Below are positions 53,875 to 63,212 of a DNA stretch of 64,000 nt, one piece after another. Below the pieces are notes generated by a model, which saw nothing but the letters and a program-made list of their open reading frames with translations, searched no databases and was not told the DNA's origin. Within the stretch, counting starts at the first letter, position 1, and each line of letters begins with the position of its first letter. Location: assembly GCA_028683355.1 (NCBI GenBank), contig JAQUIZ010000001.1, forward strand, positions 15,618 to 79,617, read 5' to 3'. The stretch is from Fermentimonas sp. (GTDB lineage Bacteria > Bacteroidota > Bacteroidia > Bacteroidales > Dysgonomonadaceae). The position numbers were made by a program, and so were the translations under genes.

Positions 53875-54369
53875 TCAGTAGTAATGTTCGGACATTGTTT
53901 TTGGATTTTCTTTCAAATGCTTGCGAGTGTCTTCATCCTGCCATTCGACTAACACACGGCAAGAGGGATAGAACATGGCGGCCAAAAGAAGAAAGGCAAG
54001 CATGAACGCCGTGGTGTGCAGATGTGGTACAGCGCAGCTGGCCAATGTGATCAAGGCTGCCATAACGAACCTTTTCTTATCCTCGTGGAGTCTGTGCATC
54101 CACCTGTCGGCACGTCTGAACGAGAACAGAACGGCACAAGGTATGGTGGATATCAGAACTCCCCACTCTCCGAAGTGTCCGCCTGCATAGACATAGTGAT
54201 ATAGCAGGAGGAAGATAAGCATACACTGCACATAGAGTTTCCTCGCACTCTCGCTATCCGCCATTCTGAGGTAAAACTTTGCCATAAAAAACCGGTTGCT
54301 CCTGTACAATGACATGGACAGTATAATGAGCAATGCCGGAAATAACATTTCGATGATAATCCAAATCAT
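53875..54369 (-). CDS. polytopic membrane protein (164 aa)
   Basis: Four to five hydrophobic segments. Last gene of a four-gene minus-strand cluster. Confidence 0.5.
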   Translation of the reverse strand: MIWIIIEMLFPALLIILSMSLYRSNRFFMAKFYLRMADSESARKLYVQCMLIFLLLYHYVYAGGHFGEWGVLISTIPCAVLFSFRRADRWMHRLHEDKKRFVMAALITLASCAVPHLHTTAFMLAFLLLAAMFYPSCRVLVEWQDEDTRKHLKENPKTMSEHYY

Positions 54370-54389
54370 AATCGTAATCCCTTGTGTAA

Positions 54390-54770
54390 TCAGTATTGTT
54401 TGAATAATGGCAGTTCGGTCAGTTCCAGTTTGACCAACCCATAGGTGGCAATCTCTATAATGGCTTCCACATCCTTTACTTCGAGATATGACGCCCCCTT
54501 TTTAAGCCGGGATTTTAGTTCGTGATTCTTTTGGCGATACCTTGCCAATGCCTTGTCCAGTTCGTATTCGGATATGCTCCATTTCGTGCCACGCTCATAG
54601 CCATTGTGCTTATAAGTTGAACGGAGCCGGAGCATACGGCACACGCAGGAAACCGGCCTGCCCCGTCTGAACACGACACTTTGCCTGTATCCATATCCGT
54701 CATCCACGACTATCCAACTCCTGTACATATTGATAATGTATAGCATTTGCAGGTATATCGTCCGTCTCAT
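54390..54770 (-). CDS. hypothetical basic protein (126 aa)
   Basis: 4-nt ATGA overlap with the upstream gene. No motif recognised. Confidence 0.45.
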   Translation of the reverse strand: MRRTIYLQMLYIINMYRSWIVVDDGYGYRQSVVFRRGRPVSCVCRMLRLRSTYKHNGYERGTKWSISEYELDKALARYRQKNHELKSRLKKGASYLEVKDVEAIIEIATYGLVKLELTELPLFKQY

Positions 54771-55213
54771 ATAAATTCGGCAAGCAACTCCTCCTTGGTC
54801 TTGCGGTACTTGAAATGGCCGGTCTTTTCGTGAAGTTTCAAGTCAAGACAGATGTCAGAACACATGAACTCCAGGGATTCATAGATGGTCACATCAATGC
54901 GGTCAACCTTGCCGGTATCAGAAACTCTCACGTTCATCTTGAACATCTGTCCGAAAGCTGGATTGGAATAGGCACAAGTGCTGCTGCCAAATGTCGTTGC
55001 ACTTGAAGGAATATGATGATAAAGGGTTATCAGCTCCATGTCGTCCTCAAAGATATCCATCACTTCTTCCAAATCGTATGGGTCGGCAAGCAGAAACGAA
55101 AGGAGAACGTAATCGTCATAGAACTGCGGCTGTTCCATTGTGGTTACATCCAGCAATTGCGGAAGCTGGAGCGGCACAAAGGAGAGAAAGTCATCGTAAA
55201 AAAGTTGTAGCAT
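54767..55213 (-). CDS. hypothetical acidic protein (148 aa)
   Basis: The ATG at 55213 (MLQLFYDDF...) is preferred because the longer ORF overlaps the upstream gene by 52 nt. Confidence 0.45.
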   Translation of the reverse strand: MLQLFYDDFLSFVPLQLPQLLDVTTMEQPQFYDDYVLLSFLLADPYDLEEVMDIFEDDMELITLYHHIPSSATTFGSSTCAYSNPAFGQMFKMNVRVSDTGKVDRIDVTIYESLEFMCSDICLDLKLHEKTGHFKYRKTKEELLAEFI

Positions 55214-55242
55214 AACTGTTGTATTTATTTGTTTCTGGTTCG

Positions 55243-56337
55243 TCAAATGGATGTGAGCATTATCTTGATCAGTACTTCGGGCAATACCTGCCATTGGTCA
55301 TTTTCCGTCCCAATAATCTTGTTTAGATTGGCTATCATCAACGGTGTATTGTTTGCAACCTCATAAAGTTTTATCCTTTCAGTTTCGGACATGACAGTCA
55401 TACTGAAACCGTCCAATGAAATATATGGTTGTAACAACATCCATACATAGGCCCTTGCCTGTTCTTCACTCTTGACTCTGTTTTGGTCTATGTCATCACA
55501 ACAAACCAAAGCATTGAGGACGATTCGCCGGTTAGTACGCTTGGCTGTATATACCAAAGCATCTCGGTAAGAGAGCCTGCCGTTCTCCGCTGACTGGAAT
55601 ATCGACAGACAGCATTTTTCAGTTTCATTTGTAATGACAGACAGATCTGCATCGGCAAGCTCCGGAAGATGGCTCAGGAAAGAACGGAACATCCGGTCTT
55701 CCTCTTGTATAAAGGCTAACATCTTGTCTTTGGAGTCTATTCCGGATTTCAGAGTATTGACAAGAAAGGATTGGTAGATTGACACAGTTTGTTTTGCGTT
55801 TCCGTGACACGGTGCTACTGAATCCAACGACCTGAAAAAAGGTTCTGCATCTGTTACCGCTTGTGCCAGTTCTGTGTCTTTTCGATATTGGGAAGTCTTT
55901 TCTTTGATTAGCAACACATCAGCGAAGCTCCGTGGTTGGGACAATGCCAATCGGGTAAATTCAATCCGCAAAGAATCATGTAGCATCCGAACTGTGTTTT
56001 CAGGATTTTGGTGTGGTCGGCTTGTCGTGCCTTTAGCAATACAGGCATAGACTGAATCCCTGAGTATCTGCCATTCCTTGACAGACTCAATCAGTCTCTC
56101 AGTTGAGATAGTTCCCATATTCCGTACTTCGGACAGGTATGACTTGTAGGCATTGGCTGCCTCTTCGTCAGTCTGAAATATATAGTTGTCAGTCTTATTT
56201 CCGCATGATGCCAGTGCGACAGTGGCAAAGCATACGGCAAGGAGTTTGGCACATTGTCCACGTATTTTGGAGTATGATTTACACTCCACACCTTTTTTTA
56301 TCAGATCTGTTTTCTCGTTAAATAAACCTTTAAACAT
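55243..56337 (-). CDS. putative lipoprotein (364 aa)
   Basis: Lipobox-like ATVALASCGNK after a hydrophobic segment. The remainder is helical-looking and unassigned. Confidence 0.5.
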   Translation of the reverse strand: MFKGLFNEKTDLIKKGVECKSYSKIRGQCAKLLAVCFATVALASCGNKTDNYIFQTDEEAANAYKSYLSEVRNMGTISTERLIESVKEWQILRDSVYACIAKGTTSRPHQNPENTVRMLHDSLRIEFTRLALSQPRSFADVLLIKEKTSQYRKDTELAQAVTDAEPFFRSLDSVAPCHGNAKQTVSIYQSFLVNTLKSGIDSKDKMLAFIQEEDRMFRSFLSHLPELADADLSVITNETEKCCLSIFQSAENGRLSYRDALVYTAKRTNRRIVLNALVCCDDIDQNRVKSEEQARAYVWMLLQPYISLDGFSMTVMSETERIKLYEVANNTPLMIANLNKIIGTENDQWQVLPEVLIKIMLTSI

Positions 56338-56538
56338 GATTCCCTCGTTGAATTATGGCTACAAAGGTAAGTATAAAAGTTTACACAATAATACTCTAAA
56401 ATAAAACTTTAATCTATTTTCTTTTTCATACTTGCGAGTATAATCCGAGAAACAAACAAGAGCATAACAAGTGAAAATATAAAGTATAATAATTGAAAAA
56501 TATTTTATTGAGTATGATTTTAACCGAATTAAACTTTG

Positions 56539-56546
56539 TATCTTTG
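56539..56546 (+). promoter_or_regulatory. candidate -7 promoter box for the recombinase-like gene
   Basis: TATCTTTG fits TAnnTTTG, about 32 nt upstream of the ATG at 56578. Confidence 0.3.
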
Positions 56547-56577
56547 CACTTGGTATCATTTAGCATTGAACAACACT

Positions 56578-57204
56578 ATGGCAAAAGTAGGTTACATATT
56601 CAAGGCAGCCGGCTATGACGGCTTCGACACTGATGTGGAGTGGATGAAGCAATACGGTTGTGTACAAGTGATTGAGGAGGAAAACGGACACGAGAAACTG
56701 CGTCCCCAATGGAAACAGCTCATGGCAAGTCTAGAGCGGGGGGACGAAATCGTACTCGCTAAATTCAGCAACGCCCTGCGTGGTTCTCGTGAACTGGCAG
56801 CATTCATCGAATTCTGCCGTGTAAAGGTGGTGCGGATTATCTCCATTCACGACAAAGTTGACAGTCGTGGCGACCTGTTCCCTGAAACCAAGGCTGCGGA
56901 TGTGTTGGAGATATTCGGTTCGCTTCCGGAAGAGTGTGCCGCATTAAGAAAGGCTTCAGCGCATATCATCCAATTAAAGCAGAACATAAACCAGCCGTCC
57001 AAAGAGAAAAACATCAGCAAAGCAGAAAGGGAGAAAACCATCGTGGCGATGTACAACAACGGGCATTCAATAGATGACATCTGGAAAGTAAGCGGATTCA
57101 ACAGCCGAAGCTCGGTGTTCCGCATTCTCAATAAATACGGCGTATCACTCAATCGTGGCAAGTTCAGCGGGCCGCTTGGGAAAAGGAAGCCAAAAGAAGA
57201 GTAA
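56578..57204 (+). CDS. serine-recombinase (resolvase/invertase) homologue lacking the catalytic Ser motif
   Basis: Resolvase-like N-domain layout (GDEIVLAKFSNALRGSRELAAFIEF ... IISIHDKVDS) and C-terminal HTH GHSIDDIWKVSGFNSRSSVFRILNKYG. The N-terminus reads KVGYIFKAAGYDG where G-Y-x-R-V-S-T is expected. Confidence 0.6.
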   Translation: MAKVGYIFKAAGYDGFDTDVEWMKQYGCVQVIEEENGHEKLRPQWKQLMASLERGDEIVLAKFSNALRGSRELAAFIEFCRVKVVRIISIHDKVDSRGDLFPETKAADVLEIFGSLPEECAALRKASAHIIQLKQNINQPSKEKNISKAEREKTIVAMYNNGHSIDDIWKVSGFNSRSSVFRILNKYGVSLNRGKFSGPLGKRKPKEE

Positions 57205-57208
57205 CGAT

Positions 57209-57511
57209 ATGGTAAAAAGCCGTATTGAAGAGGAGAAGAAGGTAGTAGAACAAATGATTCATTTATACTGCCGAAAAAAGGAAGGCAATGCAAGCCTATG
57301 TCCGGCTTGCCATGAGTTGTTGACATACGCAAGGGACAGACTTGACCATTGCAAATTCGGAAACGACAAGCCAACTTGTAAAAAGTGTCCTGTACATTGT
57401 TATCGCCCGGATATGAAAAAGCGGATAAAAATGGTTATGCGATGGTCCGGTCCGAGAATGCTTTTTTATCATCCTGTCTCAGCCGTCAAACATCTGTTGA
57501 GAGAATTGTAA
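57209..57511 (+). CDS. YgbA-like 'nitrous oxide-stimulated promoter' family Cys-rich protein
   Basis: CPACHELLTYARDRLDHCKFGNDKPTCKKCPVHCYRP ... MRWSGPRMLFYHP matches that family's pattern as I remember it. Confidence 0.65.
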   Translation: MVKSRIEEEKKVVEQMIHLYCRKKEGNASLCPACHELLTYARDRLDHCKFGNDKPTCKKCPVHCYRPDMKKRIKMVMRWSGPRMLFYHPVSAVKHLLREL

Positions 57512-57530
57512 TCACAACAACTTTTATCCG

Positions 57531-57656
57531 ATGAACAAACGAGAAAACATACAAGAAACCGAACGACTGGCTATCCGCAAACTCACCCATGACGACTTTG
57601 AGACTTTGATAGCAATAATGGGCAAGCCGGAAGTGATGTACGCTTGGGAAACGTAA
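57531..57656 (+). pseudogene. 5' fragment of a GNAT (RimJ/RimL-type) acetyltransferase gene, truncated after 41 codons
   Basis: MNKRENIQETERLAIRKLTHDDFETLIAIMGKPEVMYAWET-stop matches the usual GNAT N-terminus (TERLxLRxLxxDD ... PEVMxY) but ends where the domain should continue. Confidence 0.55.
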
Positions 57657-57731
57657 ATCAAAAGAGGAATAATCTTAATCATTACCACTGTGCATAAACT
57701 TACAGGATGGTTTCAGAATATATCAACAATT

Positions 57732-59522
57732 ATGAACTACTTGAAAATTACCGATAGCTTAAAAAAGGAAGTTGAGCCCAAGCTAAAGAATTACTTTCCT
57801 GGAAGATGCTACAAGACGGAAACAAATCATTATCACGACAATCGTTTCATCCAATTGGAGACTATTCTCCACGATATCGATATACATTACGAATACTATC
57901 AAGGATACGTTGAATTGCACCTTGAAGGGAAATTTAGCGGTTATGAATATAATACTATTTGGAGAGAGTTAGTTGAAGAATCTTATCAGCATCAAGAACT
58001 AAGTTGGCATAGATGGGGTAATCGTAATCAAGGCCGGTGTAGAATCAATATTTCTATTCAGTCTACAGACGATATCATCAAATGCTTTGAGAAAATATCT
58101 AAAATATTCGACCCTGTGCTATCTCCTTTATCAGCAGAGCATGAAGACACAGAAGTTATAATGCAGCAAATAGAAAAACTGGAGATTCTTCCACCTGCCG
58201 ATAGCATGCAAGTAGAAAAACTAACATACGGCATTCTGAAAATAAGGGAATTGCCTTTCAACAACTTCGTAATCCCAGAGTATCAGCGTCCATACAAATG
58301 GGGTGTAAAGAATGTCAATCAGTTAATAAACGACCTTTTGCATTTCAGAGATAGCGAAGAATACAGACTTGGAACTATTGTGCTTCATGAGAACAACATA
58401 GTGGATGGTCAACAGCGTATAGTCACCCTATCTTTACTCCTGTACAAACTGTTCGGCAAAAAAGAGATAAGGGCTGCGAATCCTTATCAGGAAGTACAAG
58501 ATAGAATAAAAACATTTTGGAAACGGACTGAATTTAAAAACGAGCATTCGATTGGCCATGTGAGAGAGAATCTGACAGCTATTGAAGATAGATTGGATGA
58601 TTTGGACGAGGATTTCTTGGATTTCCTTCTGAACAAATGTCAGTTCGTTGTAGTTCGTCTGCCAGAAATTTCCGAAGCATTCCAATTCTTCGATTCTCAA
58701 AACGCAAGAGGAAAAGATTTGGAACCGCATGATTTATTGAAAGCGTTTCATCTTAGGGAAGTCAAAAAACTTTCTGAAAAGGACGGCGATAACATCACAA
58801 AATGGCAGGAACTTGACACTCAAAGACTGGTTGATTTGTTCCTGACTTTGTATAGAGTCAAAAGATGGGCTAAAAACAACAGCGGAAAAGAGTTCACCAA
58901 AGACAATATTGACGCTTTTAAGGGCATATCTCTGGAAGATAAACGGTATCCTTTTTATATGCAGCAAATTATATGTCACTTCTTCTCATCGTTTTATGCT
59001 AATGAGCCGTCCAGATTGATAGATCGGTCAAAGATGGAGTTCCCTTTCCAGATAGATCAGATTTGCATCAACGGAAGCCGTTTTTTTGACATGATTCGCT
59101 ATTACGATGCTTTATATCATAAAATCATAGACGAGAACGAATATAAAAAATATGACTCGATAGAAGATGAAAAGTCAGCATATAAAATCGTCCGAACTTT
59201 GAATGCCTACTCTAACAGAACTCGTACTGGAGATACTTATGTCCGCCAGTTATTTAATTGCCTCTTGATTTATTACGTTGATAGATTTGGCTTCGCAGAA
59301 ATAAACAAAGTGGTAAAAAAGATTTTCAGATATGCATATCAAATTCGTTTGGTACACTATAGTGTTCAACTTCCAACAATAGATAATAGTGCCATTAACG
59401 GTGTTATGTTCAAAGCTATTCGTGATGCCCAGTCTCCTTATGACATCATTAATCTCATGATTCCACAAATTGGGCCGTTGGCATCAAATGCTGATTCTCA
59501 GATTAAACAACTATATGACTGA
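57732..59522 (+). CDS. DUF262 (ParB/GmrS-like NTPase) domain protein without a recognisable nuclease domain
   Basis: FVIPEYQRPYKWGVKNVNQLINDLL and VDGQQRIVTLSLLL. An unassigned N-terminal region of roughly 180 aa precedes DUF262. No His-Me/HNH motif at the C-terminus. The ATG at 57732 is preferred to the GTG at 57690. Confidence 0.8.
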   Translation: MNYLKITDSLKKEVEPKLKNYFPGRCYKTETNHYHDNRFIQLETILHDIDIHYEYYQGYVELHLEGKFSGYEYNTIWRELVEESYQHQELSWHRWGNRNQGRCRINISIQSTDDIIKCFEKISKIFDPVLSPLSAEHEDTEVIMQQIEKLEILPPADSMQVEKLTYGILKIRELPFNNFVIPEYQRPYKWGVKNVNQLINDLLHFRDSEEYRLGTIVLHENNIVDGQQRIVTLSLLLYKLFGKKEIRAANPYQEVQDRIKTFWKRTEFKNEHSIGHVRENLTAIEDRLDDLDEDFLDFLLNKCQFVVVRLPEISEAFQFFDSQNARGKDLEPHDLLKAFHLREVKKLSEKDGDNITKWQELDTQRLVDLFLTLYRVKRWAKNNSGKEFTKDNIDAFKGISLEDKRYPFYMQQIICHFFSSFYANEPSRLIDRSKMEFPFQIDQICINGSRFFDMIRYYDALYHKIIDENEYKKYDSIEDEKSAYKIVRTLNAYSNRTRTGDTYVRQLFNCLLIYYVDRFGFAEINKVVKKIFRYAYQIRLVHYSVQLPTIDNSAINGVMFKAIRDAQSPYDIINLMIPQIGPLASNADSQIKQLYD

Positions 59523-59527
59523 TTATT

Positions 59528-61495
59528 ATGAATGATATACAAGAACTTACAATAAAAGAATTACTCTGCGGCAGTGAATATCGAATTCCTATTTATCAAA
59601 GAAATTATGCTTGGGGCTTAGGCGAAACAACCCAACTTATTCAGGATATAGCGGACTATGCGAAAGATTCACCCGCAAACAACTATTACATAGGAAATCT
59701 TATTGTGTTCCCAAGGCATTACAACAACAGCCTGTATTTCGAGACAATTGATGGACAACAGAGAACAACAACTATAACTATTCTCTTATGTGCGCTAAAA
59801 CACAACTATGCAAAATATGACCTATCTTGGTATTCCAAAGTAAATATCTCTTTTGACCATAGAGAGAAATCAAACCTCACGTTGTCCGCGCTGTACAATA
59901 ATCCTGAATCTGTCAACTATGACGTTGTCAATGCAAATATAATGGCTGTATATAACAAAGCGTGGAGTATAGTTGATAAGATTTGTCAGGATAAAGAGAT
60001 TTCCGTTTCTACTTTTATTGATTATCTACTTAATAAGGTAATCATTCTTCGGATAAGTGTTCCCAAAGACACAAACCTTAATCACTATTTCGAGATAATG
60101 AACTCCAGAGGGGAGCAACTTGAGCAGCATGAAATCGTGAAAGCACAACTTATGTCTCCAATCAAGGACAATCAGTCTACTATGGCTGCTTTTAATCTGA
60201 TTTGGGAAGCCTGCTCTAATATGGATAGATATGTTCAGCTAAATTTCTCAAAAGCCACAAGAGAACAAATATTTGATAACAATGGCACTGAAAATATTAA
60301 AATTTCATTCAATGATTTAGCTGCATTATACAATAAAAATTCCGTTCTTGGTAACGAAGAAAAAAATCATTCTTTAGAGCGGTTATTCTTAGATGCTGCT
60401 AACAACACACCTTATAGTAAGCCATGGGAAGAAGGTCCCGACAAAGATCAATCAGAAACTTACCATTCATTGATTACTTTTTCCAACTTTCTTCTTCACG
60501 TCTTAAAAATAATCCGTCCGGCCAATAAAGAAGTAGTGCTGGATGACAAAAGGTTGACAAAGATTTTCAAAAGCGTGATTAAAAGCGAAAAAGACGCTGC
60601 TGGTTTCAGCATCGAGTTTATTATGAAACTCCTCGATTTACGTCTTCTCTTTGATAAATACATCATTAAACGAAAACAAGATAAATGGAGTCTGAAGAAA
60701 TTATTACCTCAAAAAGCAGATAAAGATAAATATTATTACAAAGACACATTCTCACAAACAGAATACGAAGATGATGGATCTGGACAAAACCGTAATATAA
60801 TTATGCTCCTATCAATGTTTCATGTGTCAGCACCGACTCAGATATATAAGCATTGGATGAATGCCAGCTTATACTATGTCTATAATCATAGGAATACAAA
60901 TGCTACTGAATATGCGGAATATTTATGGAATTTATCAAAAGCATATATGTTAGATAGATACTTAGCAATCCCCGAAAATAAGGTTCCATTTGAGACTATT
61001 ATATTCGAGAATAATGGAAAGAGTGTAAATCACGATAAAGATATCCTATGGTCAAATATCAATATAGACGAGTACCCACAAAAAGGAGAACATGTGGAGA
61101 ATTTTGTATTTAACTTTTACGATTATCTGTTATTGAAAGAGACAAAGGATACAGATTTTGAGTTTTCGTACAGAACTTCTGTAGAACATTTCTACCCACA
61201 ACATCCAACGGATAAAGATCCAATGGATTTTAACCATCTACATAGTTTTGGGAATCTGTGTCTTGTCAGTAGGGGTATGAATTCAAAATTTACTAATAAT
61301 CTCCCGGGAGCAAAATATGAAAACTTTGGTGATGCCAAAGCTATGAAGACCTATAGTCTCAAATTAAAATCCATGATGAATACCATTAAGAAAGGAGAAA
61401 GGTGGGACGAGACGAAAATTGCTCAAAAAGAACAAGAAGCAAAAGAATTGATCAGTAAGGCTCTATTGTCAGAAAAGCCATTAGAATGCTTTTAG
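59528..61495 (+). CDS. DUF262-DUF1524 protein (GmrSD-like type IV restriction enzyme family)
   Basis: YRIPIYQRNYAWGLGETTQLIQDI and IDGQQRTTTITILL form the DUF262 part. The C-terminal His-Me finger-like motif is TSVEHFYPQHP ... FGNLCLVSRGMNSKFTNN. Confidence 0.85.
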   Translation: MNDIQELTIKELLCGSEYRIPIYQRNYAWGLGETTQLIQDIADYAKDSPANNYYIGNLIVFPRHYNNSLYFETIDGQQRTTTITILLCALKHNYAKYDLSWYSKVNISFDHREKSNLTLSALYNNPESVNYDVVNANIMAVYNKAWSIVDKICQDKEISVSTFIDYLLNKVIILRISVPKDTNLNHYFEIMNSRGEQLEQHEIVKAQLMSPIKDNQSTMAAFNLIWEACSNMDRYVQLNFSKATREQIFDNNGTENIKISFNDLAALYNKNSVLGNEEKNHSLERLFLDAANNTPYSKPWEEGPDKDQSETYHSLITFSNFLLHVLKIIRPANKEVVLDDKRLTKIFKSVIKSEKDAAGFSIEFIMKLLDLRLLFDKYIIKRKQDKWSLKKLLPQKADKDKYYYKDTFSQTEYEDDGSGQNRNIIMLLSMFHVSAPTQIYKHWMNASLYYVYNHRNTNATEYAEYLWNLSKAYMLDRYLAIPENKVPFETIIFENNGKSVNHDKDILWSNINIDEYPQKGEHVENFVFNFYDYLLLKETKDTDFEFSYRTSVEHFYPQHPTDKDPMDFNHLHSFGNLCLVSRGMNSKFTNNLPGAKYENFGDAKAMKTYSLKLKSMMNTIKKGERWDETKIAQKEQEAKELISKALLSEKPLECF

Positions 61496-61547
61496 GGTTC
61501 AACGAGAGTTCTGTAGCATACAACTATTGAGTATTGTAAGTAGGTAA

Positions 61548-61946
61548 ATGAATAAGAAAGAATACATACAAGCCAACAAAGATTGGCTGGAGACAAAAGC
61601 AAAGGAAGAGGGAGTGAAAGCACTTTCGGGAGGCATATATTACAAGGTCATCACTGAAGGGGAAAAAGATGGCAAACACCCCACGCCACGAAGTATCGTT
61701 ACTGCCCACTACACAGGATGGACTATTAACGGCAAAAAATTCGATAGCAGCCGAGGTGATACACCTATTGCGTTCCGCCTGAACGAACTAATAGAGGGCT
61801 GGATTATAGCCATGCAACAGATGTGTATAGGGGATAAATGGGAGATATACATTCCTGCCGAAATGGGATATGGTAAGTTCTCACAACCCGGCATTCCCGG
61901 GGGCTCAACGCTCATTTTTGAGATAGAGTTGCTTGGGATTGCATAA
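61548..61946 (+). CDS. FKBP-type peptidyl-prolyl cis-trans isomerase
   Basis: VTAHYTGWTINGKKFDSS ... LIEGWIIAMQQMCIGDKWEIYIP ... GGSTLIFEIELLGI is a classic FKBP core. Confidence 0.85.
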   Translation: MNKKEYIQANKDWLETKAKEEGVKALSGGIYYKVITEGEKDGKHPTPRSIVTAHYTGWTINGKKFDSSRGDTPIAFRLNELIEGWIIAMQQMCIGDKWEIYIPAEMGYGKFSQPGIPGGSTLIFEIELLGIA

Positions 61947-61986
61947 ATTTAGTGAAGTACAACGGATACGCATAATGTTTCCTATA

Positions 61987-62023
61987 AAAGATACTGCACA
62001 TTTGGATATTTGCAGTATCTTTT
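61987..62023 (+). terminator. hairpin terminator after the FKBP gene
   Basis: AAAAGATACTGCA (61987-61999) pairs with TGCAGTATCTTTT (62011-62023). Confidence 0.6.
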
Positions 62024-62380
62024 GTATATAACATCATACCTATTATCAACCATTATCACCATCAGGCATTCTATTGATATTTAACACAATACGATTGTTC
62101 ATTTCATAATTTTTTCGTACCTTTATAGGTAGTAAGAATAAAAATATAACAGAAGTATGGGAGAAACTATAATTACATTATTGGTATTCTGGGTGTTCTT
62201 CAAAATAGTGATGGCACTTCTCGTAGGATGGAGTAAAAGCGACTATCGAAGAGATAGATAGGGCAGATGAGTATCAAGAGGCGGTTGCTGTCTGACTGCC
62301 ATATATGCACTGCGACGGTCGTGGGTTAAAGTTTTAATTCTCCCTCATATTGAAATTATACACCAAATCACAAAACGAAT

Positions 62381-62914
62381 ATGATTATTCTCATCATGGG
62401 GGCAACCCATACAGGCAAGACAAGACTGGCTCAACAGTTCCTTGAAAAATATAAGTTTCCCTATCTCTCCATTGACCATTTGAAAATGGGGCTGATAAGA
62501 AGTGGAAACACATCATTAACTCCGGAAGACGACAATGAGCTTCAGAAAATCCTTTGGCCAATCGTCCGGGAAATCATCAAAACCGCCATTGAGAACAATC
62601 AGAATCTGATAGTGGAAGGCGGGTATATTCCTTTTGACTGGTCAAACGATTTCTCGTCCCAATATCTGAGTGAGATTAGCTATCTGTGCCTGGTTATGTC
62701 AAAAGAGTATATCGACCTCCATTACACGGACATACAGAAGTACGAGAGTGTCATAGAAAAGCGTTTGCCGGACACCATGCCCACCAAAGAAGAACTGGAA
62801 CGTGAGAACAAAAAATATTTGGAGCAATGTCGCAAGCATGGATTAGACTACACTTTAATAGATAAAACCTATCCTGAAAATATAACGGGAAAAATCATCA
62901 AGGGCGGGCTATAA
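62381..62914 (+). CDS. P-loop kinase-like protein (2-phosphoglycerate-kinase / AAA_33-like)
   Basis: N-terminal Walker A IMGATHTGKTRLA. It has small single-domain size (177 aa), and LIVEGGYIP follows the lid region. Confidence 0.55.
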   Translation: MIILIMGATHTGKTRLAQQFLEKYKFPYLSIDHLKMGLIRSGNTSLTPEDDNELQKILWPIVREIIKTAIENNQNLIVEGGYIPFDWSNDFSSQYLSEISYLCLVMSKEYIDLHYTDIQKYESVIEKRLPDTMPTKEELERENKKYLEQCRKHGLDYTLIDKTYPENITGKIIKGGL

Positions 62915-63212
62915 ACGAGTTTCTTCTATAAGTCCGACAAGAAACAAAATGTTTTGCCTACTGGGAGAAAACGAAGTCTTGGAGCGGTTGGCAAATCTTT
63001 TTGTATCGGGCGATTTCGGCAGAGTGTCTTGCGAAAGAGGAGTAACGTGAAACATTGCGCAGTCGAGCAAGTCTCTCGAAGAAAAGTAGAAGAAGACGTT
63101 TACGGGATGGGTGAAAACTTATAATGGGCAACTAATAGATGTATAACAGGTAAACATACGAGCAAAAAGAAAAGCGACCGAAGCCGCTTTGTTTGTCGGA
63201 ACGAGGCAGGAG

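Larger units (their letters stand above)
1..57204. mobile_element. Bacteroidota-type conjugative element (ICE or conjugative plasmid) backbone with cargo islands; no end or integrase visible in the window
   Basis: Contiguous TraJ/K/L/M/N/O-like T4SS genes, VirD4/TraD-type coupling ATPase, Toprim, ArdC-like, PcfJ/PcfK-like and MOBV relaxase genes. The right limit is a guess: backbone-like genes stop before the truncated GNAT at 57531. Confidence 0.5.

Noticed and set aside
56386-56519. Short inverted repeat (CAATAATACTC / GAGTATGATT) flanking about 115 bp upstream of the recombinase-like gene, considered as an invertible promoter
   Set aside because: Only about 9 of 11 positions match, in very AT-rich DNA, which is far shorter than typical Bacteroides invertible-region repeats. 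The adjacent recombinase homologue also lacks its catalytic Ser.
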